Made by a program: the position numbers and the translations under genes
The notes under the pieces: generated by a model
Told to the model about the DNA's origin: nothing
What the model saw: only the letters and a program-made list of their open reading frames with translations
Database searches by the model: none
Origin: Octopus bimaculoides
Taxonomy: Eukaryota
Length of the DNA stretch: 48,557 nt
Reading direction: 5' to 3'
Assembly: GCF_001194135.2 (NCBI RefSeq)
Contig: NC_068987.1
Span: forward strand, 51,107,467 to 51,156,023
Shown here: piece by piece, positions 11,899 through 25,699 of the stretch
How positions within the stretch are numbered: the first letter of the stretch is position 1
Layout: each line of letters starts with the position of its first letter

Positions 11899-11985
11899 AT
11901 TATTATACTATATTCAGTTGCGTACTATATATTATTATACTATATTCAGATCCGTACTATGTATTATTATACTATATTCAGATCC
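11899..11985. repeat. 32-bp tandem repeat, about 2.7 copies
   Basis: Unit attattatactatattcagatccgtactatgt at 11899, 11931 and 11963 (partial). Confidence 0.9.
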
Positions 11986-13279
11986 ATTGTGGTGTATGTC
12001 TGTGCCTGTATAAATTTCCACTATACCTAAACCTTTCAACTTGTTTTCAAACCTGCTTTAATTTTCTCGGAGCTTTAACCATTGTTCTACCACTAACGCT
12101 ACAATCGCCTTACTACCTTTCTTTCCCCCTTATCTAACATCCACTATTTCTCGACCTTAGCACTCCCAGTCTATACTACAACATTAAACACTGATCTGTC
12201 ATTAATATAGTCCCTCTCATTTTCCATATTATAACATTTATTACTCTGCTCCAGTATCAAATGATATCCTGTCACTATTGATTCGTTTAGAAATTGCTTG
12301 GGATGTGAATGAAGCGGAAACATATTGAATAAATATCATTATATGTTGATAGCATATTTAAAAGTATCTGAGAAAACATGAAAGAGCGATGTAAAATAAT
12401 AACTTTGTTTATAATGCATACAGAATATTGTCCACTGGTTAATTGTTTTAAAATTTAAACTGAAATGAAATTTCGTTCGGAATCAATACACAGTCAAATT
12501 TCTACAACATAATTTTATGCTTCGTAATTTTCTGGAATCAAATGTTAATCGAGAATAAATATAATAAAAGACGCCTGTCTTAAAACAAAACAAAATATCG
12601 ATGGAATATTATTAAAAAATTCCGCCTGGCTGGCCTAATCAATGGATAATTATTTGTACAAGATGTAGCAGAGTAATTAGTACGTCAGTTAGCGTGTATC
12701 GTATCAAATTCGCTTCTTAAGCACAATTTGAAAAGTGTCAAAAATTCTGTTGAAAATACTGCAGCAAGTGCTTTACTAAATTCTGTTGTGTTGGTCACAA
12801 AGCAGCACTAAACATACTTGGCAATTCCATCACCATCTGCCAATTTATGCGTTAATGCATACCTTATTTCCTACAAACAGACAAAAACCATGTTTTATAG
12901 GGACAGCATGAGTGATGGTGTGTATAACACAGCAAACAAACATTACCACATGTTCTTTAGACGCCTTTACTAGAGTTAACTCTGTAAAATGCAGTCAAAT
13001 TAGATCTTTCGTTTTCACCTCGTCCGAAAGTTTCTTGGAGATATCAATCTGCAAATGTTTAGATTTCATAAGTCTCAGGAGTTTGATAGAACATTTAATG
13101 GTCGTTTGTCTCTTAACTAATTCCTAACATATAACAATACATTAAATCGACTACAATGTATTACTCGTACTTGTTTTGTCAGCACTAGACCAGCAGATTA
13201 TTTTAGGTGAAATCCCTTTCCCCATGGCCGTAGAACCGAAGACACACTCTTAACTCTCAAATTCAATTTTGAGAGCCGT

Positions 13280-14300
13280 CACTTTTGAAGCTAACATTTC
13301 TCCCGATACTTGAGAGCAGTATTCACCGATACGAAACCACTATCGAATACGCTCACATATTCATCCGTCATATTGATGCCCTTCCATTTTCACACAGCTT
13401 ACTTGGTCATTCATTGATGTGTACGGCCATTGCACTAATGATGGATTTGGAGCCATCTTAAACACAAGAGTGAAACCAATTTTTTCATATCCTTCCTCAA
13501 TAGTTTTCACCCCCTCAGAACTATTAGAGTAATTCACTTCCATTTTCTGCTTCTTCAATTTGTTTCCTTCACTTCTGTTTTTATCAGCAATCTCCTCCTC
13601 TTCACATCGATTCATTACAAACCTACAGAAGCTCACTAACTCGATTTTCTTCCTCATGTCCTAATCATAATAAATCTTCCCTGCAATTTTCAACCTGTTC
13701 TTCGCCACTTCAGGAGCAAACATCCTAAAGTTGAAGAAAATAAACCATTAAATCCTATTAGCAAATAAACCATTAAATCCCAAAATATGTTACTGGCTTT
13801 GCCCTCCACTGAGCCCAATATGTCAAGGGTACAGCCGCATGCACTCCACGTATAAACCTCGCAGTCTGGTTTCTCTTCTCTTCTCATTCCATCATAATAC
13901 TCACAGATTTCTGTATGTTATCGGTCGCGACTTTCGCTTCTGTTCTCCGAACTTCCAACCGTTCCAATATTTTCTGTGATTCTCTAAAAGGAATAAAAAT
14001 CTTTGAATCCTTATGGTCAGTGGTTTTCGTTTACGCAGCATTTCAATATGTACCTGATCCTATATAACTTCAGGAGAAACCCCCAACGTTAATGTCATAA
14101 TGATCGACCAGTTTATTTCTCCTATAATCGGGTACACTACATAAATTGCATAAGTAGAACAGTTTACCTTTTGGATAAAGTTTCCGTGATTATTAGCTGG
14201 ACGTTCGTAATAATACTCAGGAAGTCCACGAAATCGGATTCCAGCAGTTTAAGTGACCTGGTCACTCCAGTGAATACTTTTCAATCAATATGACACTTTG
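13280..14300 (-). mobile_element. Very degenerate Penelope-like element remnant
   Basis: Minus-strand frames give LCNLCSVPDY...GGFS*SYI (thumb-like), FIPFRESQKILERL..KVATDN (linker), EVYTWSACGCTLDILGS (GIY-YIG-like) and KIAGKIYYD*DMRKKIE..MNRCE (EN C-terminus-like). A decayed tail tgaata..ctctc..gggag-aaatgttagc lies at ~13290-13326. Confidence 0.45.
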
Positions 14301-15229
14301 GATATAAAGAATCCTACAAACATTAAGAACAGGAGAATATCGTCAACTATATTAAAGTTGCACAGGTCTCTAAAAGTCGGCACATCTTATGATTCGATCC
14401 CTTCCAGTCTCAATAGCTGTGCCTGCTGATTTATGGCATTTGTACACATGTATGTATGTATGTATGTATGTGTGCATATTCAGTGTATTTGACCTATCAG
14501 ATACAGTTGGACGGATAACTGATACCGTTCTCTTAAGCATGTTCCTACACATAGTATACATAGCAAAATTTCAGTGGCGGGTTATCATTGACAACACAAT
14601 TCTCTAACATTTTGAAATCTCTTTTCCCACAATAATCACGCATTCATAACTATTCTATTTCACTCATCAGTGGGCTGTCACCAGGGAGACATTGGAGAAT
14701 GAATTGTCGCTGACCTCGATGGAAAGTATGTTTTCCTTCGTTGATTCACACACAAATCACTAATAACAACAACTGCCTATGATGGACTTGTTCCGACTTT
14801 CTTCCCTCGTATCTGTGTGTACTTTTCAACTCAAGCAATCGGGAGGAGGAACATGCTTATGGGCGTTTTCTACTCCACACGCTAAAGCTCTCATGCTTCA
14901 CAAGTTTTAGTTTTTTGCCTCCACAATTTTCTCCTCTTAAATCAATCAACTGTCACTATCGCTAAAAAAGAAATGCGATTAGGTACATATTTCTCTTCAT
15001 TTCTCCTTCATTTTCTACAATCAAGTGTCTTAAATAATCAATCTATGAGCATCCACGACAAACATGCAAATTCGGAGATATAAAGTCATACCCCTGTGAA
15101 TTATGCTCATTTTGTCTACTTGAACAGTAAAAATGACAATTACTGAAAGGTCAAGAAAACGCCTTAGCAACCTACTCGCCTTTAATAGTTGCAGACCACA
15201 ACTAAAATTCTAGCGATCACATTGAAAGC

Positions 15230-15715
15230 TATGCCTCATTGAATGCTATGCCTCATTGAATATTATTCCTCACTATCACTGAAGAACGTACATAACATAG
15301 CAGAGGCTGTTTCTCATCGACTGGTGTTCCTCCTCACCATCAAAAAACACTTCAGCCTCCAACAACTAGAACCTCTTTTCAAAATTCATTTGACGTCTGC
15401 AATGGTATTCCATTCCCTATCTAAAAGGGTCCTACTACTATATAGACAGAAAAATTAGTGTATCTAAAACCGGCCATTCGTCTGGTTGGCTTAGAAAATA
15501 TGAAAAACTCATTAAGGCCCGTGGTGTACTGACTTGCTGTTTCTTCTTTTTGATTCTTCTACCCCAACTAAACCGATCCTCATCTTCAGATCTAGTTGGT
15601 CTCATGCCAGTGCCCCTGAATGCACTATTCCCTACACCCAATCGTTCTTGTCCTGCACCTCGGCCCTCTAAATTCCCTGCAAGTGCATATTGTAAATAAC
15701 AGGTATCGTTTTGTA
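15230..15715 (+). mobile_element. Degenerate CR1/L2-group LINE, RT C-terminal part
   Basis: SLSLKNVHNIAEAVSHRLVFLLTIKKHFSLQQLEPLFK, AIRLVG and SFLSCTSAL*NSL match the HI..IA..AS.KL.FL....YFS..QL..LYK...AIRL...SF..RTS.LWNSLP consensus. Confidence 0.6.
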
Positions 15716-15949
15716 AATAGTTTATGAGAAACGTTATCGACATCGATCTCATTGTTCTTGGAAATTTTGCACAAATTGCGCTTTCCTACCTATATCTGAC
15801 AAATGACGTTAATTCAGGTGTCTCCAAACCCATCACTTTGAGTACCTGGAAATACGTTACCAAATGTAACCTTCACTTTGTCAAACATGTTTTAATATGT
15901 ATGGGTATTTTTGTATGTACGTGTGTGTACACAAGCATGTATGTGTGCA

Positions 15950-16290
15950 TTTGTGTGGAGCTTCAAAATGTTGGATTTCTAAATACGAGGTGCTGTGTTC
16001 AATTCCGCGGCCGGGGTAGTTGGAAAAGTACGTTCTCTCAGTCTGGGAATGGCACGAACATTCTGACAAATATTGGTTTGAGAGACATCATGTCGGAACC
16101 CTTCGAATGACCTACATTTTATTTTGAGGTAACAACTTTTTACTTTGTTTCTAATTGAGAATTACATTAAGTGTCTGTGGAATACTCAGCCACTTACACT
16201 ATATTACTACTTTTAGATTGCTCAGTCGATCGACTAACTCGAATAATCGTGGTAACAGAGAAAGGGCCATTTACTTACTGACATGTTATG
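15950..16290 (+). mobile_element. Diverged tRNA-derived SINE (second tail type)
   Basis: B-box-like GTTCAATTCC at ~15997 and tail gagaattacattaagtgtctgtggaatactcagccactt, shared with the copy at 25015-25345 (-). Confidence 0.5.
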
Positions 16291-16894
16291 TGCTCCTATT
16301 TAAGAAATACTCATGAATTTATAAATCGGTGTTTCATTTAAGGAACAAGAACAGATACTTTAAGCAGAAGGGGTTAGTCTATACAGTTAACTCAAAAACT
16401 TGCCACTATTTTATTTTATCTACTCAAGGCGAGTGAAATGCATAGTTTACATTCAGGGGAGATAAATTCAAAACGGACACGGCCGGAATTAAAATCACGG
16501 AGCATTTTCCTGACGCTCTATGAATTTTTCCGTTTCGACTTCTTTATAGATCAAAGGGTTATTCGCTACCATCGAGCCCAGTACTGGACTGTTATTGCAT
16601 TTTATCTACGTCGAAGCGATGAAAGAGGAAGTTGAAATTGGTGTTATTTGAAGTCAGAATGTATAGAACCGAAACAAATACTACTAAATATTTTGTTTGA
16701 TATCTTACTGATTCATTCAGCATCTCGTTGCCTTTTGTGTATGTATACATAAAAGGATTTAAAATTCAATAAAATTTTATAAAACTCGACAATACACTCA
16801 ACTTCTTCCTATTTGCAGTGAGATTTGGTGGAATACGCCCAGTAATATTTGATGCTCACCCAAAACTGCCATTAATATCATTTGAAAATGATTT

Positions 16895-17102
16895 TAGTAA
16901 TCCCTCAACTATCGCGGGTGTTACGTTCCAAAAACCTCCGCAATAGGTGAAAATCCGCGAAGTAGAAACAATACTGTAATGTATATTTTAAAAATTATTT
17001 TTATAATTTGTATTTATTCATTTTAACATAAATACAAAGCAACCCCATAGAGGAATCGACGTAAGCTTAAATAATAAACTGTGATATGGTGAAGGATTAC
17101 TG
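16895..17102. mobile_element. Tc1/pogo(Tigger)-like MITE
   Basis: Left end (t)agtaatccctcaactatcgcgg..ttacgttcc..gaaaatccgcgaagtag and right end gatatggtgaaggattactg followed by TA. Termini read CAGTAATCC in both orientations. Confidence 0.65.
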
Positions 17103-17125
17103 TACCAGTTATCTGCTGGTGCAGT

Positions 17126-17167
<42 letters not shown>

Positions 17168-17177
17168 NNNNNNNNNN

Positions 17178-17217
<40 letters not shown>

Positions 17218-18879
17218 CCACCTATCACGGAAAGTCAAAATGGAGTCTATATCTGCTCGTGACTTCATAGTCACCTAAAACAATTAGAAGAAACATGAAT
17301 GATTGACAATCATTTCTTAGATATTCTCTGTTAGTTTGGTTAAGTCTATTGGAAGGAGATATGGCACGGGCCTTACCAAATTTCCTGAAATAGATGAGAT
17401 TGATGTCCTCACCGTTCCACTTAAAATAATAAATTCTATAATTCTGACATCGCCAGATATTTGTAAGTGTAAAACTTGATCTGAAGTATGTTCCTGGTTA
17501 TTATTCATCTATTGAACATGATAGATGAACAAGGGAGGAAATTGATAGCTTCTGACTTTCTCTCATAGCTCCAGGATCAAGAAACTAATTATCAGTTATC
17601 TATACGATTGATTTAATCAGTTATTCTTTTCATTTAAACATTTCTGAGTAGTGCCTCAATCACTGAATCATGGCATTTCCGACGGCGAGAGTAATAATGG
17701 GTTTTCTATGAAAATTGGCTGAAATAAATGCCACAGACATTTCCATGTGAATGTTGGATTTAATCGGTTTTCCCCACTTTATATATTCGTGAAATATAAA
17801 CACACACACACACACACGCACACAGCTTTAACAAGAGGAAGGGTGTTGGTAATTTCAAATTTCAACCGGTCATCGTTCGTCTGAAACCTCGAAGCCCACT
17901 GTCACTCTTTTGTGCGAGTGTAATAATCATTTACTCAGTAAAAAAGGATTGAGTATATCTTCAGTGAAAAGTTAAATACTTTCGGCTACAGCTTCACATA
18001 AAAACAAACATTAATACATTAATACATACATATAGGTGGTACCATTAAGGGTTCTCACCACTAAGCGGAAAGGAAATTTGGTTCTCCATATTAGCATGAA
18101 GAAAGTTTGCGCTGTTTCACCCTTGAACTCTGAGGCGACTGTAATTCCTCTCCCATAAGTATGCCCATCAATGCATGCAAACATACGACAGACATCGACG
18201 CAGATGCCATCTATTTTATTACACCCGAATCTATAGAATAGACTTCTATATTTTGCCTCCCAATGGGATTGAACCTGGAACTATATGTTAGCATAGACAA
18301 AAGGAAATTGAACGTTGTATATAATTGGAGAGTTTTTTACATCTTTTTATTACACTTTTATCATATATTTTATACAAATTCAGTAAAGGAACTGACTTCA
18401 ATGAAAGATGCCAAAGCAACGTTGAAAATGGTGAACAGAGAAAAGAACTGTATGTCCGACGAAGCATCATTGTTAAATTAAATCATGCATAGAGCTACAA
18501 AAGCTTAATTAAGGAAGCAGCCGAGTTTTTCTTAAATATGATCTGTTAGTTTATCATGGGTGCTTTACAAGTAGGTAATGGAGAGGTAGTTAATAATGTT
18601 TCAAATTGTAGATAGTTAGATACGACAGGAAAGAAGATGAACTGTTTGACTTGTTTGGAGGTAATGATTTTTAGAAGAACAAAATAAGGATTTTGTGCAG
18701 AAATAACCGACAAATACAGTTTAAATTAGTAGATGTGTCTCTCTAACAATCTACGATATGGATTCTTTTGCTCGAGCAATGGAATTACTTATTTCCCAAA
18801 CTGTCAGGGAGAATTCCACAAAGACATGTACCATTAACATCATTTTCAGGTAGGTTTAGCCTCACAGAGTCTGTGTCAT

Positions 18880-19030
18880 GACTTTCTATTTAAAACCTAT
18901 ACAGTTTCCACCCCTACCTAGCTTCGCTCATATGGAATAGGTCGGCCTGAGACTATAGAAATTATTTTGCCCAAGATAGAATGTAGTGGGATTGAACCTA
19001 GGACCTTGTAGATGAGAACTGGACATATTT
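18880..19030 (-). mobile_element. SINE 5' fragment
   Basis: Reverse complement reads ggtcctaggttcaatcccactacattctatcttgggcaaa..ctatagtctcaggccgacc, homologous to ~8565-8635. Confidence 0.65.
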
Positions 19031-19969
19031 AAAATACGCTCATTTCAGACGCACGAGATTAATATTGAAAATAGAGCTAAAGGCAAAAGCTGACGTACCG
19101 GGTTTCAGTGTTCTAGCTGTGCAGTAATATCTTACAATCGTAACATTTTCAACTTAGTGCTAATTGAAATGATGCAGGCAAAACAGAGAAGAAAAATATC
19201 ACAACATTCGGAATAAATCACAAAATATCATTCGCAGAAATGTTTTTACTAGGAATTCAATGCGGTAAGTGTCTCTTGAAGTAGAGGTGTATGAAATATG
19301 AATTATAGTACAACAATTATTTAGTAAACATATAAGGAAACTGATGCAAATAGGTACGGAACATAAACAAACCAGAAAAAATACTCTCTGTTTAAAAAAC
19401 CAACAAACATAAACCAGAAGTTTCTTTAGATACAAGTTGTAAGGAGGATAGTGAAATAACACTAATAAGTGTACAGAAATAATTTAACTAAAAATGTGAT
19501 TACACAATATGGTGCTAAGATTATTGCGAGAAAATCTCCAAGAGGGTTAATAGTAGACCAGACGGAGTAGGTATAAGAAAATAATGAAAAATTAAATAAA
19601 TAACACTCAACTAAGGTTGATGAGTGCAGGAAAGACTTAATGTATTTCATAATTGCAATCCAAGACTAAATGTTTCCATCAGAAACTACGAAAGACATAC
19701 AATGACAGCACAATACACAACTTAAACACATTATATATGGAGATTATTAACAAAAAAATAATCTCATTAGGCAAACGGAAACACATTAACAGGTATGATA
19801 GTTTTGGAACTTCTACACGGGAGAACGGTGTGTTGGAATTATAAAACATTCACGGAAGCGAGAATTTGAAAATGTGTTAACAATGCACTACAAAAGGTCT
19901 GAAAGAGTGGCGAAGTGACACTGTTCTGACTCGCACGTACACACACACACACACTTGTGAGGGTGTTTG

Positions 19970-20001
<32 letters not shown>

Positions 20002-21233
20002 TGTATATATATATACACACACACATATATATATATATACATANNNNNNNNNNNNNNNNNNNNNNNNNNNNNNNNNNNNNNNNNNNNNNNNNNNNNNNNN
20101 NNNNNNNNNNNNNNNNNNNNNNNNNNNNNNNNNNNNNNNNNNNNNNNNNNNNNNNNNNNNNNNNNNNNNNNNNNNNNNNNNNNNNNNNNNNNNNNNNNNN
20201 NNNNNNNNNNNNNNNNNNNNNNNNNNNNNNNNNNNNNNNNNNNNNNNNNNNNNNNNNNNNNNNNNNNNNNNNNNNNNNNNNNNNNNNNNNNNNNNNNNNN
20301 NNNNNNNNNNNNNNNNNNNNNNNNNNNNNNNNNNNNNNNNNNNNNNNNNNNNNNNNNNATATATATATATATATACATATATACATACATGCATACATAG
20401 GCCGGGTAGTGCAAGTAGGGTAACATCAAAGCATGATATTATATAACTTTTAAAGTTTAATCGTGTGTGCGTATGTGTGTATATGTGTGTGTGTGTGTCT
20501 TCATATGTGGATATGGATATTCGAGTACAATCCTTGCATCACAATTGTTATAATGTCATATCATTCATTCTCTGTATTCTCCAGTGTAATCAGAATGTGG
20601 TAATTTGAAATGATATATTTCTGAGAAATAAAAGCAAATTACTTTGGTAAGTTATCGAGTAAATGAAGGAGCAGTAACGTGAAGGCAAATTTCCTTTATT
20701 ATAGAAAACATAATGAAATTAAATAAAATAAACAAATCAATAAATAAAAATAGATCAGAAATTCTAACATGAAAATGCCATGTAAAAAGGCAATATTAAG
20801 GCTTTGTAACCCTGATTAAAAGCTCAGAAATTCTTATTGATCTTTTATGTATTCCTATAAAAATACGTAACGAATATTTCTTCTTACTTGAAATATTTGC
20901 CGTGTTTTATTTCAACTATTTTCTTACAGTTCGATTGCCAATTCTGTATGTTAATACAGGAAAAATCTCAGCAAAAAATATCCCCCCCAAAAAACAAATC
21001 CGTTGTTCTTTCTTGCAGAAGACATACATGCACACGTTATTTCGTTGTTGCATGTAAGCGTGCCTATTTTTAAGCAGAAACTAATACTTGTAGCATATGA
21101 ACGCTAGCATTAACATCTATCATAAAAACAGTAGAAGATAAAGAAAATCTGCAAATTTTAATAACATTAACAACTCTTTCTTCTCTAAGTCGATGTGAAC
21201 AATCACGATTGTAATGATCATGATGATGACGAA

Positions 21234-21365
<132 letters not shown>

Positions 21366-21807
21366 AATATTTATTCATTTTTAAAAACTATAATGGTACA
21401 CCATTTCTTTATTGGTTAACGTTTGCTCGAATATATTTTTTTCTTCATTTATTATACTTTCAAATTTGATGTTGTTCATGCCGTTGTAGATGTTACTGTT
21501 GTAATTGCTGCAGTTGTTGTTGTTTTTGTTGCTGCAGTAGGTGTTGTTGTTGTTGTTGTTGCCATAATTTTTGCTGTTGTTGTAACGGTTGCCTTGTATT
21601 ATTGATGAAGTTTGTAATAATTTCGGATGCTTCTTCATGTATTATTATCTTACGAGCATGAATATCTCGAGAGAAGCTATAACTGATGGTGTGAAGCAAG
21701 AAAACAATGAATATTATATAAAGGTAAGAACATTAAGAACACTGTGACACACATGAGTTGTAACACGTCACATAATGACATACTAGCTCGAATCCATCCA
21801 CTCATGC

Positions 21808-21847
<40 letters not shown>

Positions 21848-23499
21848 AATGCACACACATATTGCACCACACAAATATATACACACGCAGTCACACACAC
21901 ACACACAAACACATATATGCGTATATGGGCGCCTGTATATGTGTGGATTTTATATATCTAAGTATTTACGCATGTATGTAAGGAGGGTAAAAGAACTGCT
22001 GTTAACGATATCAAGAAAATAAAGATAAACTAAGCGTAAAAAAGAACGAAATAGGGAAATAAAATAGAAAAGAAACAAAATATCTCGCTAGAAAGAGAAA
22101 GAGAAGTGGAAGAGGATGTGAAAGAAAAAAAGAGGAAACAGAATGGTATTGTGTGAATAAGGTAAAGAAAGAATAAAGCAAAATTTACATACATCTATAA
22201 GTGTGCATGCTTGTGTGCATGTGCGTGTGTGTGTGTGTGTGTGAGTGTATGTGTGTGTTTTTGCGTATGCATGTATATGTGTGTCTATGTCTGCGTGCGT
22301 AGAAAGAGAGTGAGAGAATTTGTTAGAAAAGAATGATAAGAAACATAGGTGATATACAGGGGTTTCCTGAGATTCTCAAAGGTATTAGCAATAACCAAAG
22401 TAACATCAGGAAATGCTAGTAAGAAACCTACACACATAATAAAAGAAGACATCAAACAAAATAAGTTCAATAGAAAAAGACAATGAGTAAAGAAATATAA
22501 GATGTAAATGTTGGAGTATATTAGATACCAAAGAGTGAGTCTTACACTAGAACAATGTTATGGTGCAGAAATACGAGCGCAAGAAAACAAGAAAGAAAAC
22601 AATACACATAAAATATAATGATAATAAAAATCTCAAAGTAAAGGAATTTCGATAAAAACATTGTGAAATAAAATGCTTCCCTGAGAATAATGAGTATTTC
22701 GGAGATAATTAAAAAATTACAAATGAGAGAATAAATTCCAAAGAAGAAAGGGTAAACATTTTTTGGCGGGGTGAAAAGTAAGAAATGAAATCAAAAACCA
22801 AATACTGTAGTTAAAATGGCAGTAAAATAAATGTAGCAGTATTACACACAATAATTCTGGTAAAAATAGCTTGTGAAACTTCGAAGGAAGCCATAACAGG
22901 AAGACGTAATTTGTCAGCCTAAGTTTGAATAAGACCAAATCATTTTTAATGCATTTTCACATGCTACATTCTTATATTCTTATGTATCGCTATAAAATAT
23001 TGATATGAATGAGTGTTTGGTGCAACATCTGTAATATTGTTTTGAGCATACAAAGTCCGACTATCGGAGATTGTTCCTCTCGGAGTTATTAGCTACAACT
23101 GGAAATTCTGCTCAAAATAATAGCTGTATAACATACTAGAGAGCACATAAACTTCATCCGTTTCTTACCAGTTTTATTTGAAAGAAAAGGACGCACTACA
23201 GGATGTAGCCGGATAAAAGAGACAGCTGGCTGTCGAATCCTGGTATTGAATAAGAGATTAAATATTTTAGCATCACCGAAGCTGCACCTCATGATGTAAC
23301 TGGATTGTTCTTGTTAAAACAACTCTCAGGACCACTTGTTTTATTGTTGTTAGTTCTGTTTTCTCCGTCTCTCTTCCACTTCGTCTACTTTTCAGGTTTC
23401 TAAGGCCTTCAAGTGGATCTTACTACCACACGTGTAGCATCTCCTTTCAGTCAAGCGTCGCCTAATGCTATGTCTAAGGTTATTAGAATAACTGATAGT

Positions 23500-23625
23500 A
23501 TGATTTTCAGTGTCTGTTCCGATATTCTGTGATCTGAGTTCAAATCCCAACGAGGTCTACTTTGTCTTTCCTAATTTGAGAGTTGATCAATAATTATTAA
23601 TCAAAGGCACTGAATTGGCAAAACT
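23500..23625 (+). mobile_element. Diverged SINE fragment of the family at 36985
   Basis: ctgagttcaaatcccaacgaggtctactttgtctttc..gagagttgatcaataatta matches ctgagtccaaattctgttgtggtcaaccttgcctttcatcctttcgagg at ~37000. Confidence 0.5.
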
Positions 23626-25014
23626 GTAAAAACTATGATAAAAATATCTTAAAACATTTGTTCAGGTTCTTTGCCTTCTAAGTTCAAATCCCGTCATGGC
23701 CTAAGTGATTGTAGATTTAATATGTCACCCGGATTAATTGCTCCAACTGTCAGCTTTCATCGATTTTACCCTGTTGCAAACATTAAAACCAGGTTCTGGT
23801 TTCTTCTGTCCTCCGTCCCACATGTCAGAAATGCCCGTAACATGCCATGGGCTCTGCTTTCTCTCCTTACAACAGAAACATCAGCAATATACTCATCCAA
23901 AATATAGTTTTAAATGCCCGCCTATCTGAACTTCATGCCAATTCCTTAAAGACTTAATAAATTAAGAATACATTATTTAAAGAAGTAAAAAATTCAGATC
24001 AAATAATAAAATTAAATAACTTCAAAAAATGATTCATAAAGAAAATAAGAAATTGAAAAAAAAAACACAAGACCAAAACAAAACGATTTCTTTGAAAACA
24101 AACGCCATGGAAATAGACTTTATACATGCAAGTCAAAGTAAACAACAAAACAGAATGAAGCTAAGCTTGAACAAAACTACAGAATACTGAGTAAGAAAAA
24201 GCAAATCTGAATCAACGCAAACAAAATTATGCATGAAAAAGTTCTGAAGGAGATTTAAGAAAACAGGAAATTCTGAAGGTTGAGATCATGAACATGACAT
24301 TTTACAGTTGGAAACAATTAAAGAATCAAAAACGATAGAAAGTTTTCCTATGAGCTAATGACCTCCTCACCCCACACACATTACCACGCTAATGATAAAA
24401 TAGCAAAAACGGAGCAACGTTTGTAGTTGCAAGCCAAAGAGAGCATTCCTTCGAACTACTCAGTAACATGAAAGTCTAAGGAACCAATATGGCAAACAAA
24501 TATACAAATGATAGAAAATATGAGAACAGAAACTCTCATTTGAGAAAAATCACTAACAAAACGGGTGAACTGGAAAAATGTAGATACAAAGACAACTTAT
24601 ATATATATGTATATATATATATATNNNNNNNNNNNNNNNNNNNNNNNNNNNNNNNNNNNNNNNNNNNNNNNNNNNNNNNNNNNNNNNNNNNNNNNNNNNN
24701 NNNNNNNNNNNNNNNNNNNNNNNNNNNNNNNNNNNNNNNNNNNNNNNNNNNNNNNNNNNNNNNNNNNNNNNNNNNNNNNNNNNNNNNNNNNNNNNNNNNN
24801 NNNNNNNNNNNNNNNNNNNNNNNNNNNNNNNNNNNNNNNNNNNNNNNNNNNNNNNNNNNNNNNNNNNNNNNNNNNNNNNNNNNNNNNNNNNNNNNNNNNN
24901 NNNNNNNNNNNNNNNNNNNNNNNNNNNNNNNNNNNNNNNNNNNNNNNNNNNNNNNNNNNNNNNNNNNNNNNNNNNNNNNNNNNNNNNNNNNNNNNNNNNN
25001 NATATATATTAGTG

Positions 25015-25345
25015 GGTTTCCGTCGTTCAACGATGAGTATTCGGTAGTTTGATCAAATGAATTACCTTCTAAAATAACGTATAAATCGCGGAGTATTCCA
25101 CTGACACATATATCCTTAACGTAATTCTCCAGACGAATCAGCATGAACTCGGATGACAAGGTTACACCTTTTGCATTGCAAGCACAATCTACCGGACTCC
25201 CTTCGATACAGTTTCCGTTTACCAAATATCACTCACAAGATATGGGGCGCTCTGAGGTTAAAACAAATGGCATTTTGCTGAAGCTACCACGTGAAAACCC
25301 AGTGATTACGAATCAAACCTCCTCATCATTCGGACATACTACATC
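25015..25345 (-). mobile_element. tRNA-derived SINE copy
   Basis: Reverse complement contains cttgtgagtgatatttggtaaacggaaactg (shared with the 8519 SINE) and tail ggagaattacgttaaggatatatgtgtcagtggaatactc (shared with ~16160). Confidence 0.65.
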
Positions 25346-25699
25346 TATAATAGAAATAGATAGAAACAAAAAGTATGTAACTCACTAGTACTCAAATAAT
25401 TAGTGGGTATAAAAGAAACAAAATTTCATTGGACGAAAGAAAATATTTGACTCAAACTCAAAGTAAAGTGTAAAATGAGAATTGATGTTGCCGTGAGACA
25501 AGGTAAACTAGACAAAGGTTGGGAAAGTGAATGGATAGGGAAAGAATCATCGCCAATGAGTTGTTACAAACAACGCAGATAACCTCAGAGTAGTCATGGA
25601 AGTTTATAGTAAGAAAAGAAGTAACCAAGATGATAAAAAAGAAATCTGGAGTGTACTGGGTCGTATTAAGACTCCAAACTCCTGTTTTACATGCATATC

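Noticed and set aside
14085-14175. C-x2-C-x12-H string suggesting a C2H2 zinc-finger exon
   Set aside because: The second His is missing, stops flank it, there is no splice context, and surrounding motifs fit a PLE remnant better.
20585-20646. Exon-like segment with polypyrimidine-AG acceptor and GTAAGT donor
   Set aside because: Stop codons in all three frames and no linked exons recognised; at most a non-coding exon, untestable without RNA-seq.
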